A DNA stretch of 54,272 bases, taken from positions 1 through 54,272 of the IMG/VR virus record IMGVR_UViG_3300037502_000299; one strand, given 5' to 3'. Of this stretch, positions 9,123-17,753 are shown piece by piece; position 1 is the stretch's first letter, and the number at the start of each line of letters is the position of its first letter. Below the pieces are notes generated by a model, which saw only the letters and a list, made by a program, of their open reading frames with translations, did no database searches and was not told the origin of the DNA. This stretch comes from a virus. Its lineage: Duplodnaviria; Caudoviricetes. The translations under genes and the position numbers were made by a program.

Positions 9123-9144
9123 AGGGGCTTCGGCCCCTTTTTTT
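9123..9144 (+). terminator. Rho-independent terminator closing the pqqA cassette
   Basis: AGGGGC-TTCG-GCCCCT followed by a T run. Confidence 0.9.
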
Positions 9145-9145
9145 G

Positions 9146-9184
9146 TGCTATAATGCTTGCAAATAGTACGAATTCAGGTATTAT
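9146..9184 (+). promoter_or_regulatory. Promoter(s) restarting transcription after the pqqA terminator
   Basis: Extended -10 TGcTATAAT (9146-9154); also TTGCAA (9157-9162), 16 nt, TATTAT (9179-9184). Confidence 0.5.
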
Positions 9185-9192
9185 TTGGGAAT

Positions 9193-9260
9193 CCGGGTTA
9201 CCCGGTTCATTAGACTGTCCCGGCAGACGCATACAAGACTAATGAGCTTAACTTTGTATG
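9193..9260 (+). ncRNA. Candidate pseudoknotted cis-regulatory RNA leader
   Basis: GGTTCATTAG/CTAATGAGCT stem, inner CTGT/GCAG hairpin, CATACAAG/TTTGTATG pseudoknot ending next to the SD AAGGA. Confidence 0.5.
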
Positions 9261-9274
9261 AAGGAAAAAATATC

Positions 9275-9751
9275 ATGGCAATAACTACATTTAGCGGCCC
9301 AGTCCGATCACTCGCCGGTTTTATTACAGGTACAGATGGTGTTTCAACAGTTACAGCATCAACATTATCAGTAACAGCAGCTGATTATAATGGTCAAACA
9401 ATCAATTTATCACGTGCAGCAGGTATTACAGTAACTCTACCAGCAGCTACAGGTTCAAACGCTGTTTACACATTCGTAATTACAACAGCAGTTACATCTA
9501 ATAACTATGTTATTCAAGTTGCTAATGCAACAGATACTATGAATGGTTTAGCTTCAGTAGGTGGAACTACAGCTTCTGTATTTGGTACATTACCAGCTTC
9601 TGACACAATCACTATGAACGGTACAACAACAGGCGGTTTAGTTGGTTCTTATGTTCAAGTTACTGATATTGCAGCAGGTGAATACTTAGTATCTGCAGCT
9701 TTAGTAGGTTCTGGTACACCAGCAACACCATTCAGCGCAGCTGTAAGTTAA
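9275..9751 (+). CDS. Putative virion structural protein (head fibre/decoration-like); start moved to ATG 9275
   Basis: MAITTFSGPV.. Thr/Gly-rich beta protein; AAGGA RBS at 9261-9265. Confidence 0.65.
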   Translation: MAITTFSGPVRSLAGFITGTDGVSTVTASTLSVTAADYNGQTINLSRAAGITVTLPAATGSNAVYTFVITTAVTSNNYVIQVANATDTMNGLASVGGTTASVFGTLPASDTITMNGTTTGGLVGSYVQVTDIAAGEYLVSAALVGSGTPATPFSAAVS

Positions 9752-9761
9752 TTAATCACTT

Positions 9762-9780
9762 GGGGGTACTTAGCCCCCTT
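9762..9780 (+). terminator. Weak terminator-like hairpin
   Basis: GGGGGT-ACTTA-GCCCCC followed only by TTACT. Confidence 0.35.
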
Positions 9781-9802
9781 ACTAAAATAAAGGAGATTAA
9801 TT

Positions 9803-10300
9803 ATGGCAATGCAATATGATGTACAAAGTGCACACACAAATGTCAGCGCTAAGATGGTCGTAGGACGCACTAGAGTTAAAGGCATTGTTTTAGGCGGTGC
9901 AGCAGGTACTTTAAATCTATGGGATGCAACTCAAGCACCAACGGCAGTTACCTATGCTAGAAGCGCTGCCGGCGTTATTACAATTACACACAATGCTCAC
10001 GGCTTTGTAGCTGGTCAAAAAATCGGTTTAACATTTGCTGCGGGTACAGGTGGTACAGCTACTAATGGCAACTATGTAATTCTTACAGCTGCTACTAACA
10101 CATATACAGTTCAAGATATTAATACAGGTGCTATTACTGCTGGTGCAGCTGCTAACGAAAATACTCGTTGGTTGTTCTCAGTAGATAATGCAGATACTGT
10201 TCCATATAATATTATTGTTCCTGGTGAAGGCATGTTAGCTGAGAATGGTGTTTACGCACAATTATCTAGTGTTCCAAACGTAGAAATATTTTATGGCTAA
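9803..10300 (+). CDS. Putative virion structural protein
   Basis: RBS AAGGAG; beta-rich; contains a VITITHNAHGF..G.KI segment like that in the 28041 tail protein. Confidence 0.6.
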   Translation: MAMQYDVQSAHTNVSAKMVVGRTRVKGIVLGGAAGTLNLWDATQAPTAVTYARSAAGVITITHNAHGFVAGQKIGLTFAAGTGGTATNGNYVILTAATNTYTVQDINTGAITAGAAANENTRWLFSVDNADTVPYNIIVPGEGMLAENGVYAQLSSVPNVEIFYG

Positions 10301-10547
10301 AAAAGGCGTATCCTTAGCAGTCGGACGTGGTGAGAAGCTCCCTGTGTCTAAAGGCGCAGGTCTTACCGCTAAAGGACGTGCTAAATATAACCGAGCTACA
10401 GGATCAAACCTAAAAGCTCCGCAACCTGAAGGGGGCGCTCGTAAAAAATCATTCTGTGCAAGAATGTCGGGCATGCCTGGTCCAATGAAAGATGAAAAAG
10501 GTAGACCTACTCGCAAGGCTGCTTCTTTAAAAAGGTGGAAATGTTAA
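10293..10547 (+). CDS. Small basic phage protein (GLTAKGR..SFCARM..RWKC type)
   Basis: Overlaps both neighbours; motif pattern common in aquatic phage head regions. Confidence 0.7.
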   Translation: MAKKGVSLAVGRGEKLPVSKGAGLTAKGRAKYNRATGSNLKAPQPEGGARKKSFCARMSGMPGPMKDEKGRPTRKAASLKRWKC

Positions 10548-10735
10548 TGACAAAATATTTTGAAAATGTAGATGAACATACTAAACATTTAATAGATGGG
10601 GTTTCGGTGGCAACAGTTATGGGTACATTAATGAGCTGGTTACCAGCAATCGCAGCACTCTTTACTATTATATGGACTGCTATTCGTATTTACGAAACTA
10701 AAACTGTGCAAGGCTGGTTAAAAAAAGGTAAGTAA
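10547..10735 (+). CDS. Small membrane protein (holin-like); start at ATG 10547
   Basis: TAATG coupling; hydrophobic helix WLPAIAALFTIIWTAIRIY and basic C-terminus. Confidence 0.55.
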   Translation: MTKYFENVDEHTKHLIDGVSVATVMGTLMSWLPAIAALFTIIWTAIRIYETKTVQGWLKKGK

Positions 10736-10736
10736 T

Positions 10737-10958
10737 ATGAAATCTTTTATAGACAGAGTATTTAAATCAAAGCAACAAAAGCAAAAGGAATTATTAAATG
10801 AAATCACTCATAAAGAAGTTAAAGACCAAGCTACAGAAGCTATTGTCGAAGCTATCATTAAAGAAGTAAAAAAAGAAGAAGTAGTTAAGCCTAAAAAACC
10901 TAATCACTTCCCAGATTGTAATTGTTTTAAATGTTTAAGATGGAAACAAAATGCCTAG
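10737..10958 (+). CDS. Hypothetical protein with C-terminal H/CxCxxC cluster
   Basis: HFPDCNCFKC; tightly packed in the operon. Confidence 0.55.
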   Translation: MKSFIDRVFKSKQQKQKELLNEITHKEVKDQATEAIVEAIIKEVKKEEVVKPKKPNHFPDCNCFKCLRWKQNA

Positions 10959-11301
10959 TAAATCTAAGAAACAACATAATTTAATGGCAGCTGTAGCTAA
11001 TAACCCAGCCTTCGCTAAGAAAGTTGGTATTAAAAAATCAGTAGGAGAAGAGTTTATGAAAGCAGATAAAGGTAAAAAATTTAAAGGAGGCGGTATGATG
11101 GACAAGAAAGATATGGCTCAAGATAAAAAGATGGCTAAAAAAGCAGTTGGTATGCATGAAAGCCAGTTACATGGTGGTAAGAAATCTGATTTAGCTAAAC
11201 TTAAAAAAGGTGGTATGGCTAAGATGAAAAAAGGTGGTTCATGCTACGCTAAAGGCGGCGGTATTGAGAAAAAAGGTAAGACTAAAGGAAAGATGATTTA
11301 A
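10951..11301 (+). CDS. Small Lys/Gly-rich protein (KKGG / GKTKG family)
   Basis: FKGGG, LKKGG, MKKGG, YAKGG repeats; ends KGKTKGKMI. Confidence 0.75.
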   Translation: MPSKSKKQHNLMAAVANNPAFAKKVGIKKSVGEEFMKADKGKKFKGGGMMDKKDMAQDKKMAKKAVGMHESQLHGGKKSDLAKLKKGGMAKMKKGGSCYAKGGGIEKKGKTKGKMI

Positions 11302-11303
11302 TC

Positions 11304-11603
11304 ATGGGACTATTAGGCAAAAACACAGCATCAGCAACAGCGTCACCAGACGGTGGAGGTTCTTCAGAGCCATCAGGATTTTTTGGTTCAATATTAAAAG
11401 ATGCAGTTGGACAATTAAAAACTCAAGGTGGATTTGATTCTGCATTAAGTGGTACACCTAAAACTCAAGTTAATCTTAATTTAGTTGATGATAAATTTGA
11501 AGGTAAGGGTATGAAAAAAGGTGGCAAAGTGAAAGCCTCTTCGGCATCTAAACGTGCAGATGGTTGTTGTAAAAAAGGTAAAACAAAAGGAAGGATGATT
11601 TAA
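11304..11603 (+). CDS. Small Lys/Gly-rich protein (KKGG / GKTKG family)
   Basis: Ends MKKGGKVKASSASKRADGCCKKGKTKGRMI. Confidence 0.75.
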   Translation: MGLLGKNTASATASPDGGGSSEPSGFFGSILKDAVGQLKTQGGFDSALSGTPKTQVNLNLVDDKFEGKGMKKGGKVKASSASKRADGCCKKGKTKGRMI

Positions 11604-11605
11604 TC

Positions 11606-12019
11606 ATGGCTGATGCAGGAAAAAAACCTATGAAAGTAATTAAAGAAGGGGATATGTCTCCTGAAACTAAAGCTTTACCTGATGAAGTAATTAAACCACC
11701 AAAAGGAATTGGCGAGTCTGAAAAAGATATGGATCCAATACCTAAAAAAGCTGCACCTACAGGATATACCCCCAAAGATGTCAGCAGCAAAAAACCCGAA
11801 CCTACTTTTAAATCAGACGTTGATGATATAGTATCAGGAGTTAAAAAAGTTGAGGATAGATTAAATAAAGGTATAGCAAAAGCTGCAGGGAAAACGGAAA
11901 AAGGAATTTTAAATACAAAACTCAGTAAAGACTATAAAAAAGGCGGTTCAGTTTCATCAGCTTCCAAACGTGCAGATGGTATTGCTACAAAAGGCAAAAC
12001 TAGAGGAAGGATTTGCTAA
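11606..12019 (+). CDS. Small Lys/Gly-rich protein (KKGG / GKTKG family)
   Basis: Ends YKKGGSVSSASKRADGIATKGKTRGRIC. Confidence 0.75.
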   Translation: MADAGKKPMKVIKEGDMSPETKALPDEVIKPPKGIGESEKDMDPIPKKAAPTGYTPKDVSSKKPEPTFKSDVDDIVSGVKKVEDRLNKGIAKAAGKTEKGILNTKLSKDYKKGGSVSSASKRADGIATKGKTRGRIC

Positions 12020-12279
12020 TGAGACCTTCACGTGGTATGGGTGCTATAAAGAAAACTAAGATTCCTAGTGCAAAAGAAAACACTATGCCTAAAGGCGTGG
12101 TTAAAAAACGTCGTGATAACACAGACTTTACTCAGTTTAAAGAAGGTGGACCTGTAGGACTTTATGCAAATATAAATGCTCGTAAAAAAGCAGGTACTTC
12201 AAGACCAAAATCGAAGTCTACAATATCACCTAAAGCTTATGCAAACATGAAAGCAGGATTTCCTAAAGGGAAAAAATAA
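12019..12279 (+). CDS. Small basic protein; start at ATG 12019
   Basis: TAATG coupling at both ends; RGMGA and FKEGG motifs. Confidence 0.7.
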   Translation: MRPSRGMGAIKKTKIPSAKENTMPKGVVKKRRDNTDFTQFKEGGPVGLYANINARKKAGTSRPKSKSTISPKAYANMKAGFPKGKK

Positions 12280-13217
12280 TGGTAGATAGAACCACAGGAC
12301 AGACAAGTTTTAATTTAGATTTAAATAATCTAGTTGAAGATGCATTTGAACGATGTGGACAAGAGTTACGTACTGGATATGATTTACGTACTGCACGACG
12401 TTCTTTAAACTTGATGACGATTGAATGGGCTAATCGCGGTATTAACTTATGGACTGTAGAGCCTGGTCAGATTAGTTTAGAACAAGGTCGTATTATGTAT
12501 CCGTTGCCTGTAGACACGATTGATCTACTTGATATGGTGACGCGTACTGGAACAGGATCAAACCAACAAGACATTAATATTAACCGTATTAGTGAATCAA
12601 CCTACATTACAATACCAAATAAAAATGCAACGGGTCGTCCTATTCAAGTATGGATTAATAGACAAAGTGGCCAAGAGAACCCTACAGATATTTTATTAAA
12701 TGAAACTTTAACAGGTACTGATACAACTAATGACGACACTATAACTCTCTCTTCTACTGTAGGCTTAGCTCAGTTTGGTTTTATTAAGATTGGTGTTGAA
12801 ACTATTCAGTATGGTGGTATCAGTGGTAATACTATTACAGGATGTATTCGTGCGGTTAATAATACAGTAATTGCACCTCATTCGATTGGGGATAGAGTCT
12901 ATGTGCAAAATCTTCCAACAGTCAATGTATGGCCAGCACCGGATCAAAGTAATTTCTATCAGTTTGTTTATTACAGATTAAGACGTATACAAGATGCAGG
13001 TAACGGTGTCACTGTAGAAGACATTCCGTTTAGATTTATTCCTTGCATGGTTGCAGGGTTAGCTGCTTATTTAAGTATGAAATTACCTAATGTTATGCCT
13101 GATAGAATTGCCATGCTAAGAGCAGACTACGAATCAGCGTTTCAACTAGCAGCAGATGAGGATAGAGAAAAAGCAAGTGTGAGGTTTGTACCTCGTGAAA
13201 TGTTTTACCACGGGTAA
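12279..13217 (+). CDS. Putative head-tail adaptor/neck protein
   Basis: ARRSLNLM..EWANRGINLW N-terminus; VWPAPD and IPFRF..GLAAYL C-terminus typical of adaptor proteins. Confidence 0.6.
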   Translation: MVDRTTGQTSFNLDLNNLVEDAFERCGQELRTGYDLRTARRSLNLMTIEWANRGINLWTVEPGQISLEQGRIMYPLPVDTIDLLDMVTRTGTGSNQQDININRISESTYITIPNKNATGRPIQVWINRQSGQENPTDILLNETLTGTDTTNDDTITLSSTVGLAQFGFIKIGVETIQYGGISGNTITGCIRAVNNTVIAPHSIGDRVYVQNLPTVNVWPAPDQSNFYQFVYYRLRRIQDAGNGVTVEDIPFRFIPCMVAGLAAYLSMKLPNVMPDRIAMLRADYESAFQLAADEDREKASVRFVPREMFYHG

Positions 13218-13221
13218 TTAA

Positions 13222-13653
13222 ATGCCAATTAAATACGCTAGTGCCAAGAATTCCATATCCCAATGTGATCGATGTGGATTTAGATTTAAACTAACGCAAT
13301 TAAAACGCTTAGTTATAAAGACAAAAAATGTTAATATACTCGTATGCCCAGAATGTTGGGAACCGGATCAGCCACAGTTAAGCTTAGGCCTATACCCAGT
13401 TAATGATCCGCAAGCAGTGCGAAATCCAAGACCCGACAGTCCTAGTTATTATCAGGCAGGTTTAAATGGGTTACAAACAGTAGAAGTAACAGGGCCATTA
13501 CAAACTGAAACAGGTGTACCTACACTAGGTAGTAGAATTATACAATGGGGTTGGAACCCTGTAGGTGGGGCAAGACTAAACGATGCTGGATTAACGCCAA
13601 ATGATCTAGTAGGTATAGGTAACGTAGGCACAGTAACAGTAACAACAACTTAA
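13222..13653 (+). CDS. Zn-ribbon phage protein (neck region)
   Basis: CDRC..CPEC followed by PQL..DPQAVRNPRPD. Confidence 0.65.
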   Translation: MPIKYASAKNSISQCDRCGFRFKLTQLKRLVIKTKNVNILVCPECWEPDQPQLSLGLYPVNDPQAVRNPRPDSPSYYQAGLNGLQTVEVTGPLQTETGVPTLGSRIIQWGWNPVGGARLNDAGLTPNDLVGIGNVGTVTVTTT

Positions 13654-13664
13654 GGAGAAGTAAC

Positions 13665-13859
13665 ATGGCATATAAATCAGGAGCTGATGGTATTACTAAA
13701 CAAGGTAAAACTAAAGGTAAAAATTTAGGCAATGACGGCGCTAAAGTAGGTATCGAAAAAGGCCCTAAACATGCAGGTTCTAAAGGTGGTAAAAAGAACA
13801 TTGACATGAAAACTATGGGTCGCGGTATGGCTAAAGTTGCAGCACAGAAAAAAGGATAA
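13665..13859 (+). CDS. Small basic protein (GKTKG family)
   Basis: ADGITKQGKTKG motif; RBS AAGGAG. Confidence 0.7.
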   Translation: MAYKSGADGITKQGKTKGKNLGNDGAKVGIEKGPKHAGSKGGKKNIDMKTMGRGMAKVAAQKKG

Positions 13860-13864
13860 TTATC

Positions 13865-14086
13865 ATGGCAGAATATAAACAACCAATCGTTGTACCTAAT
13901 GCAGATATTAGTTTTAGCCAAGACCCTAACAAGTTAAAAGCTCAAGACTTAAATCAAGGTACAGCTAGACAACGTGTAAGTGCAGGGGACCCAGGTTCTA
14001 ACAAAATGAATAGACACGGTGAAACACAAATTCGTGGTTGCGGCGCAGCAACTAAGGGTACTAAAGCTAGAGGCCCAATGGCGTAA
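13865..14086 (+). CDS. Small basic protein (RGxGAATKG family)
   Basis: C-terminal IRGCGAATKGTKARGPMA. Confidence 0.7.
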   Translation: MAEYKQPIVVPNADISFSQDPNKLKAQDLNQGTARQRVSAGDPGSNKMNRHGETQIRGCGAATKGTKARGPMA

Positions 14087-14089
14087 TAA

Positions 14090-14731
14090 ATGAATTACAG
14101 TCAGCTCGTAGCACAGATACAGGATTACACGGAAAATCAGTTTACTACTACGGTAATAAATACGTTTATTACTCAAGCTGAACAGAGGATCTATAATACA
14201 GTCCAATTACCAGCGTTACGTAAAAACGTAACAGGTACAACTACGTCTGGAAATAAGTATTTAGCTATACCTACGGGTTGGTTATCTACATTTAGCTTAG
14301 CTGTAATTAATGCAAATAATGAATACTTGTATCTTTTAAATAAGGACGTGAACTTTATTAGACAATCATTTCCTGATACAGATTCAGATTTTTATGGTGT
14401 GCCTGAGTATTACGCAGTGTTTGACCAAAACACATTTATTATGGGGCCAACACCTGATGCCAGTTATGCAGTAGAGTTACATTATTTTTACTATCCTGAA
14501 TCAATTACAACTGTGGCAGGTGGTACAACTTGGTTAGGTGATAACTTTAGTTCAGTTCTTTTATATGGTTCTTTACTAGAAGCTTACACTTATATGAAGG
14601 GCGAAAAAGACGTACTTGATAATTATAGAGTTAGATATGACGAAGCAATGCTTCTATTGAAACAACTTGCAGACGGCAAAGATAGACAAGATGCATATAG
14701 ATCAGGTCAAGTAAGGTATCCAGTTCAATGA
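14090..14731 (+). CDS. Head-tail adaptor/tail tubular protein-like
   Basis: MNYSQL..IQDYTE..FITQAEQRI..GPTPD..LLYGSLLEAY adaptor pattern. Confidence 0.65.
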   Translation: MNYSQLVAQIQDYTENQFTTTVINTFITQAEQRIYNTVQLPALRKNVTGTTTSGNKYLAIPTGWLSTFSLAVINANNEYLYLLNKDVNFIRQSFPDTDSDFYGVPEYYAVFDQNTFIMGPTPDASYAVELHYFYYPESITTVAGGTTWLGDNFSSVLLYGSLLEAYTYMKGEKDVLDNYRVRYDEAMLLLKQLADGKDRQDAYRSGQVRYPVQ

Positions 14732-15153
14732 TTTTAGGACAAGCACAGACCACGACGTTTAAACTAAATCTATTAAAAGGTTTAGAGAATTTTTTTACAG
14801 GTTCACCTTATACATATAAAATTGCTTTGTATGATGCAACGGCTACTATTAATAGCGAAACAACGGCATATACAACAACTAACGAAATTACAGGTACGGG
14901 CTATACTGCAGGGGGATTAACATTAACTCCTACGGTTGGTAGTGATACTAGTAATAACACGGCTTATGTAACATTTGCCAATGTAACTTGGAGTCCTGCA
15001 AATTTTGCTGCAGCAGGCGCCTTGATATATAATAGCACTACAAACGCATCAGTCGCAGTATTAAGCTTTGGTGGGGTAAAAACAGCCACTACAACATTTA
15101 CAATAGAATTTCCAGCAGCTACCTCAACCACTGCTGTATTACGAATTAATTAA
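14728..15153 (+). CDS. Putative tail structural protein
   Basis: YKIALY..NEITGTGYTAGG..GALIYN..VLSFG pattern. Confidence 0.6.
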   Translation: MILGQAQTTTFKLNLLKGLENFFTGSPYTYKIALYDATATINSETTAYTTTNEITGTGYTAGGLTLTPTVGSDTSNNTAYVTFANVTWSPANFAAAGALIYNSTTNASVAVLSFGGVKTATTTFTIEFPAATSTTAVLRIN

Positions 15154-15163
15154 GGAGTCAATT

Positions 15164-15769
15164 ATGAATCAAAGAGAACAAGGCGGATTTGGCGATCACG
15201 CTAGCGTCGTTTTAAATGCTGGTGCACAAGCTAATGAAACTGTAGGTATTGAAGGTATTTACAAAGTTGAATGCCGTGATAAAGACGGTAATTTAAAATG
15301 GGAAGATTCGTTTCCTAATCTAGTAGTTGCAGTTGGTAAACAACTCTTATTAGACACATTATTAAAAGGCGTTAGTTACTCAGTAGTTGGTCCGTTTTTA
15401 GGTCTTACAAGTGCATCTTTAACACCGGCAGCTACAGATACTATGGCTACTATTGTCCCATCTTCTGAATTTATTAACTACACAGTAGGTGGTTCAGCAG
15501 TACGTGGTACAGCAGTATTTGCTTCAGCAACGTCTACAGGTACAACACCAACAAACGTAACTACTTCAACAGCCACTGCGATTACTTACACAATTACAGG
15601 TGCAGGTGGTACAGTTTATGGATGTTTCTTAGTTACAGGTACTGGCGCATCAAGTGCTCAAGGTAATACAGGCGGTACATTGTACAGCGTAGGTAACTTC
15701 GCAACTGCTAAAATTACAACAGCAGGTGATACAGTAAGCGTTACATATTCAGCAACTGCTACAAGCTAA
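15164..15769 (+). CDS. Putative tail structural protein
   Basis: G.YKVEC.DKDG..W...NLVV..G pattern; Thr-rich. Confidence 0.6.
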   Translation: MNQREQGGFGDHASVVLNAGAQANETVGIEGIYKVECRDKDGNLKWEDSFPNLVVAVGKQLLLDTLLKGVSYSVVGPFLGLTSASLTPAATDTMATIVPSSEFINYTVGGSAVRGTAVFASATSTGTTPTNVTTSTATAITYTITGAGGTVYGCFLVTGTGASSAQGNTGGTLYSVGNFATAKITTAGDTVSVTYSATATS

Positions 15770-15779
15770 AGGAGCTTAA

Positions 15780-17744
15780 ATGGCTCTTGTAGTCAAGGAT
15801 CGGGTACAGGAAAACTCCACGACTAGTGGTACCGGCACACTCACGCTCTCAGGGGCAGTGCCTGGGTTTCAATCCTTTGCTGTTATTGGTAATGGCAATA
15901 CTACTTTCTACACCATCTATGACAACATAGCTCAGGTTTGGGAAGTAGGTATTGGTACTTATACTTCTTCAGGCACTACTTTATCTAGAGATACGGTACT
16001 ATCAAACTCATCTGGTACTACTTCACCTATTAGTTTAGCTGGTAATGCAGTTTCTGTATTTGTTACTTATCCTGCAGAAAAATCAGTTAATCTAAATGCA
16101 TCAGGTAATGTAAGTCCATTAGGTACTGTTAGTTCTGGTACATGGAACGGTTCTACTATCGGTGTAGCTTATGGTGGTACAGGCGTTACAACATCATCTG
16201 GCGCTAACTCAGTAGTTTTAAGAGACGCTAATCAGAACATAAATGTTAATAGAGTTAATCAAGCTAACACAAGTACTACAGCAGCTGGTGGAACCACTGC
16301 ACTGACCACAGCATCAAGTTACATTCATTCTCTCATTGGTACAGGGGGACAAACATATACATTACCTGATGCGACTACTTTAACTACTGGCGTAGCGTTT
16401 GTATTTAATAACCTCGCTACCGGAAACATAACAATTCAAGATTATGCTACTGCCACGATTGGAACAATTCCATCTGGTGGAGCTGGTGCAGTATTTTTAA
16501 CTAATAACGCTACAGTTGGTGGTACTTGGGACTTACATAGCTATCTTCCAGAAGGCGTGACCTTCGGCACCAATGCGTTTAATCTCGGATCTGCAGTTAT
16601 TACAGGTGGTACTTGGAATGGCGGCACAATAGGAACTGCTTATGGCGGTACAGGCTTAACTTCTTTCTCTGCAGCAAACTATGCTTTATACTCAACATCA
16701 TCAAGCACACTAACAGCGGGTACATTACCTGTTGCAGCGGGGGGTACAAATGTCACTTCATTTACAGCTAATGGTATTGTTTATGGTAATGGTACATCTG
16801 CATTAGGTGTTACAGCAGCAGGCGCTACAGGAGAAGTCTTAATAGGTAATACAGGATCTGCTCCAACGTGGGGTTCATTATCAGGTTCAGCAGTTACAAC
16901 ATTCCAAACATCGTTAAGTGGATTAACACCAAGTACAGCTACAACTGGCGCTGTAACTTTAGCAGGCACATTAGGTGCTACATCAGGCGGTACAGGATTA
17001 ACTTCTTACACGACTGGTGATATTATTTATTCATCAGCTACAAACACATTAGCTAAATTACCTGCGGGTACTAACGGACAAATACTTAGTTTAGCTTCAG
17101 GCATTCCTTCATGGATCAATAATACAGCATCTGGTGTTTCGTTTGTAGTAACAAATATTACTGCGTCTGCTAGCCAAACAACCTTTACAGTTAGTTATAC
17201 AGTAGGTCTAGTAGAAGTTTATAGAAACGGTGTTAAATTAGCGATTGCTGACTATACAGCATCAAATGGTACTACGATTGTTTTAACTAACCCCGCTAAT
17301 GCAGGAGATGTGATTGAGGTCGTAGCGTTTGGATCTGTTAATACAGCAGCGGTAATTACAGCAGAAGACTTTAGTGGTACAGGCTCTCAAACAGCATTTA
17401 CAATGTCTGTAACCCCAGCTAACTCAGCATCAGTCATTATAGCTATATCAGGTGTCGTTCAAGACCCAAGCACATATACAGTATCAGGAACTACATTAAC
17501 ATTCTCAACAGCACCCCCAGCAGGTACTGACAATATTTCATGCCGTTACCTAGCTCTACCTACCACTACGACAGGAACAGGGGCTGTAATTAATGCAACT
17601 AATGGTATAATTATTAATAACCAAACTATCTCAGCTTCTTATACAATACCTGTGGGCAGTAATGCCATGAGTACGGGTCCTGTAACAGCAGCAAGTGGTG
17701 TAACCGTTACTGTCTCTGCAGGCAGTAGATACATAGTTATTTAA
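15780..17744 (+). CDS. Tail fibre protein
   Basis: MALVVKDRVQE..GTGT N-terminal anchor; repeated GTWNG..AYGGTG units; VYRNGV..DY and ISGVVQDP..Y Ig-like modules. Confidence 0.75.
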   Translation: MALVVKDRVQENSTTSGTGTLTLSGAVPGFQSFAVIGNGNTTFYTIYDNIAQVWEVGIGTYTSSGTTLSRDTVLSNSSGTTSPISLAGNAVSVFVTYPAEKSVNLNASGNVSPLGTVSSGTWNGSTIGVAYGGTGVTTSSGANSVVLRDANQNINVNRVNQANTSTTAAGGTTALTTASSYIHSLIGTGGQTYTLPDATTLTTGVAFVFNNLATGNITIQDYATATIGTIPSGGAGAVFLTNNATVGGTWDLHSYLPEGVTFGTNAFNLGSAVITGGTWNGGTIGTAYGGTGLTSFSAANYALYSTSSSTLTAGTLPVAAGGTNVTSFTANGIVYGNGTSALGVTAAGATGEVLIGNTGSAPTWGSLSGSAVTTFQTSLSGLTPSTATTGAVTLAGTLGATSGGTGLTSYTTGDIIYSSATNTLAKLPAGTNGQILSLASGIPSWINNTASGVSFVVTNITASASQTTFTVSYTVGLVEVYRNGVKLAIADYTASNGTTIVLTNPANAGDVIEVVAFGSVNTAAVITAEDFSGTGSQTAFTMSVTPANSASVIIAISGVVQDPSTYTVSGTTLTFSTAPPAGTDNISCRYLALPTTTTGTGAVINATNGIIINNQTISASYTIPVGSNAMSTGPVTAASGVTVTVSAGSRYIVI

Positions 17745-17753
17745 GGATAAAAA

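Noticed and set aside
9239-9270. CTAATGAG...GAAA resembling a hammerhead ribozyme core
   Set aside because: Core would need CUGAnGA; flanking stems do not fit and the segment is better explained by the pseudoknot stem
9185-9274. N-terminal extension of ORF 9185..9751 in the ORF track
   Set aside because: The TTG start has no RBS and runs through the structured leader; ATG 9275 has AAGGA upstream
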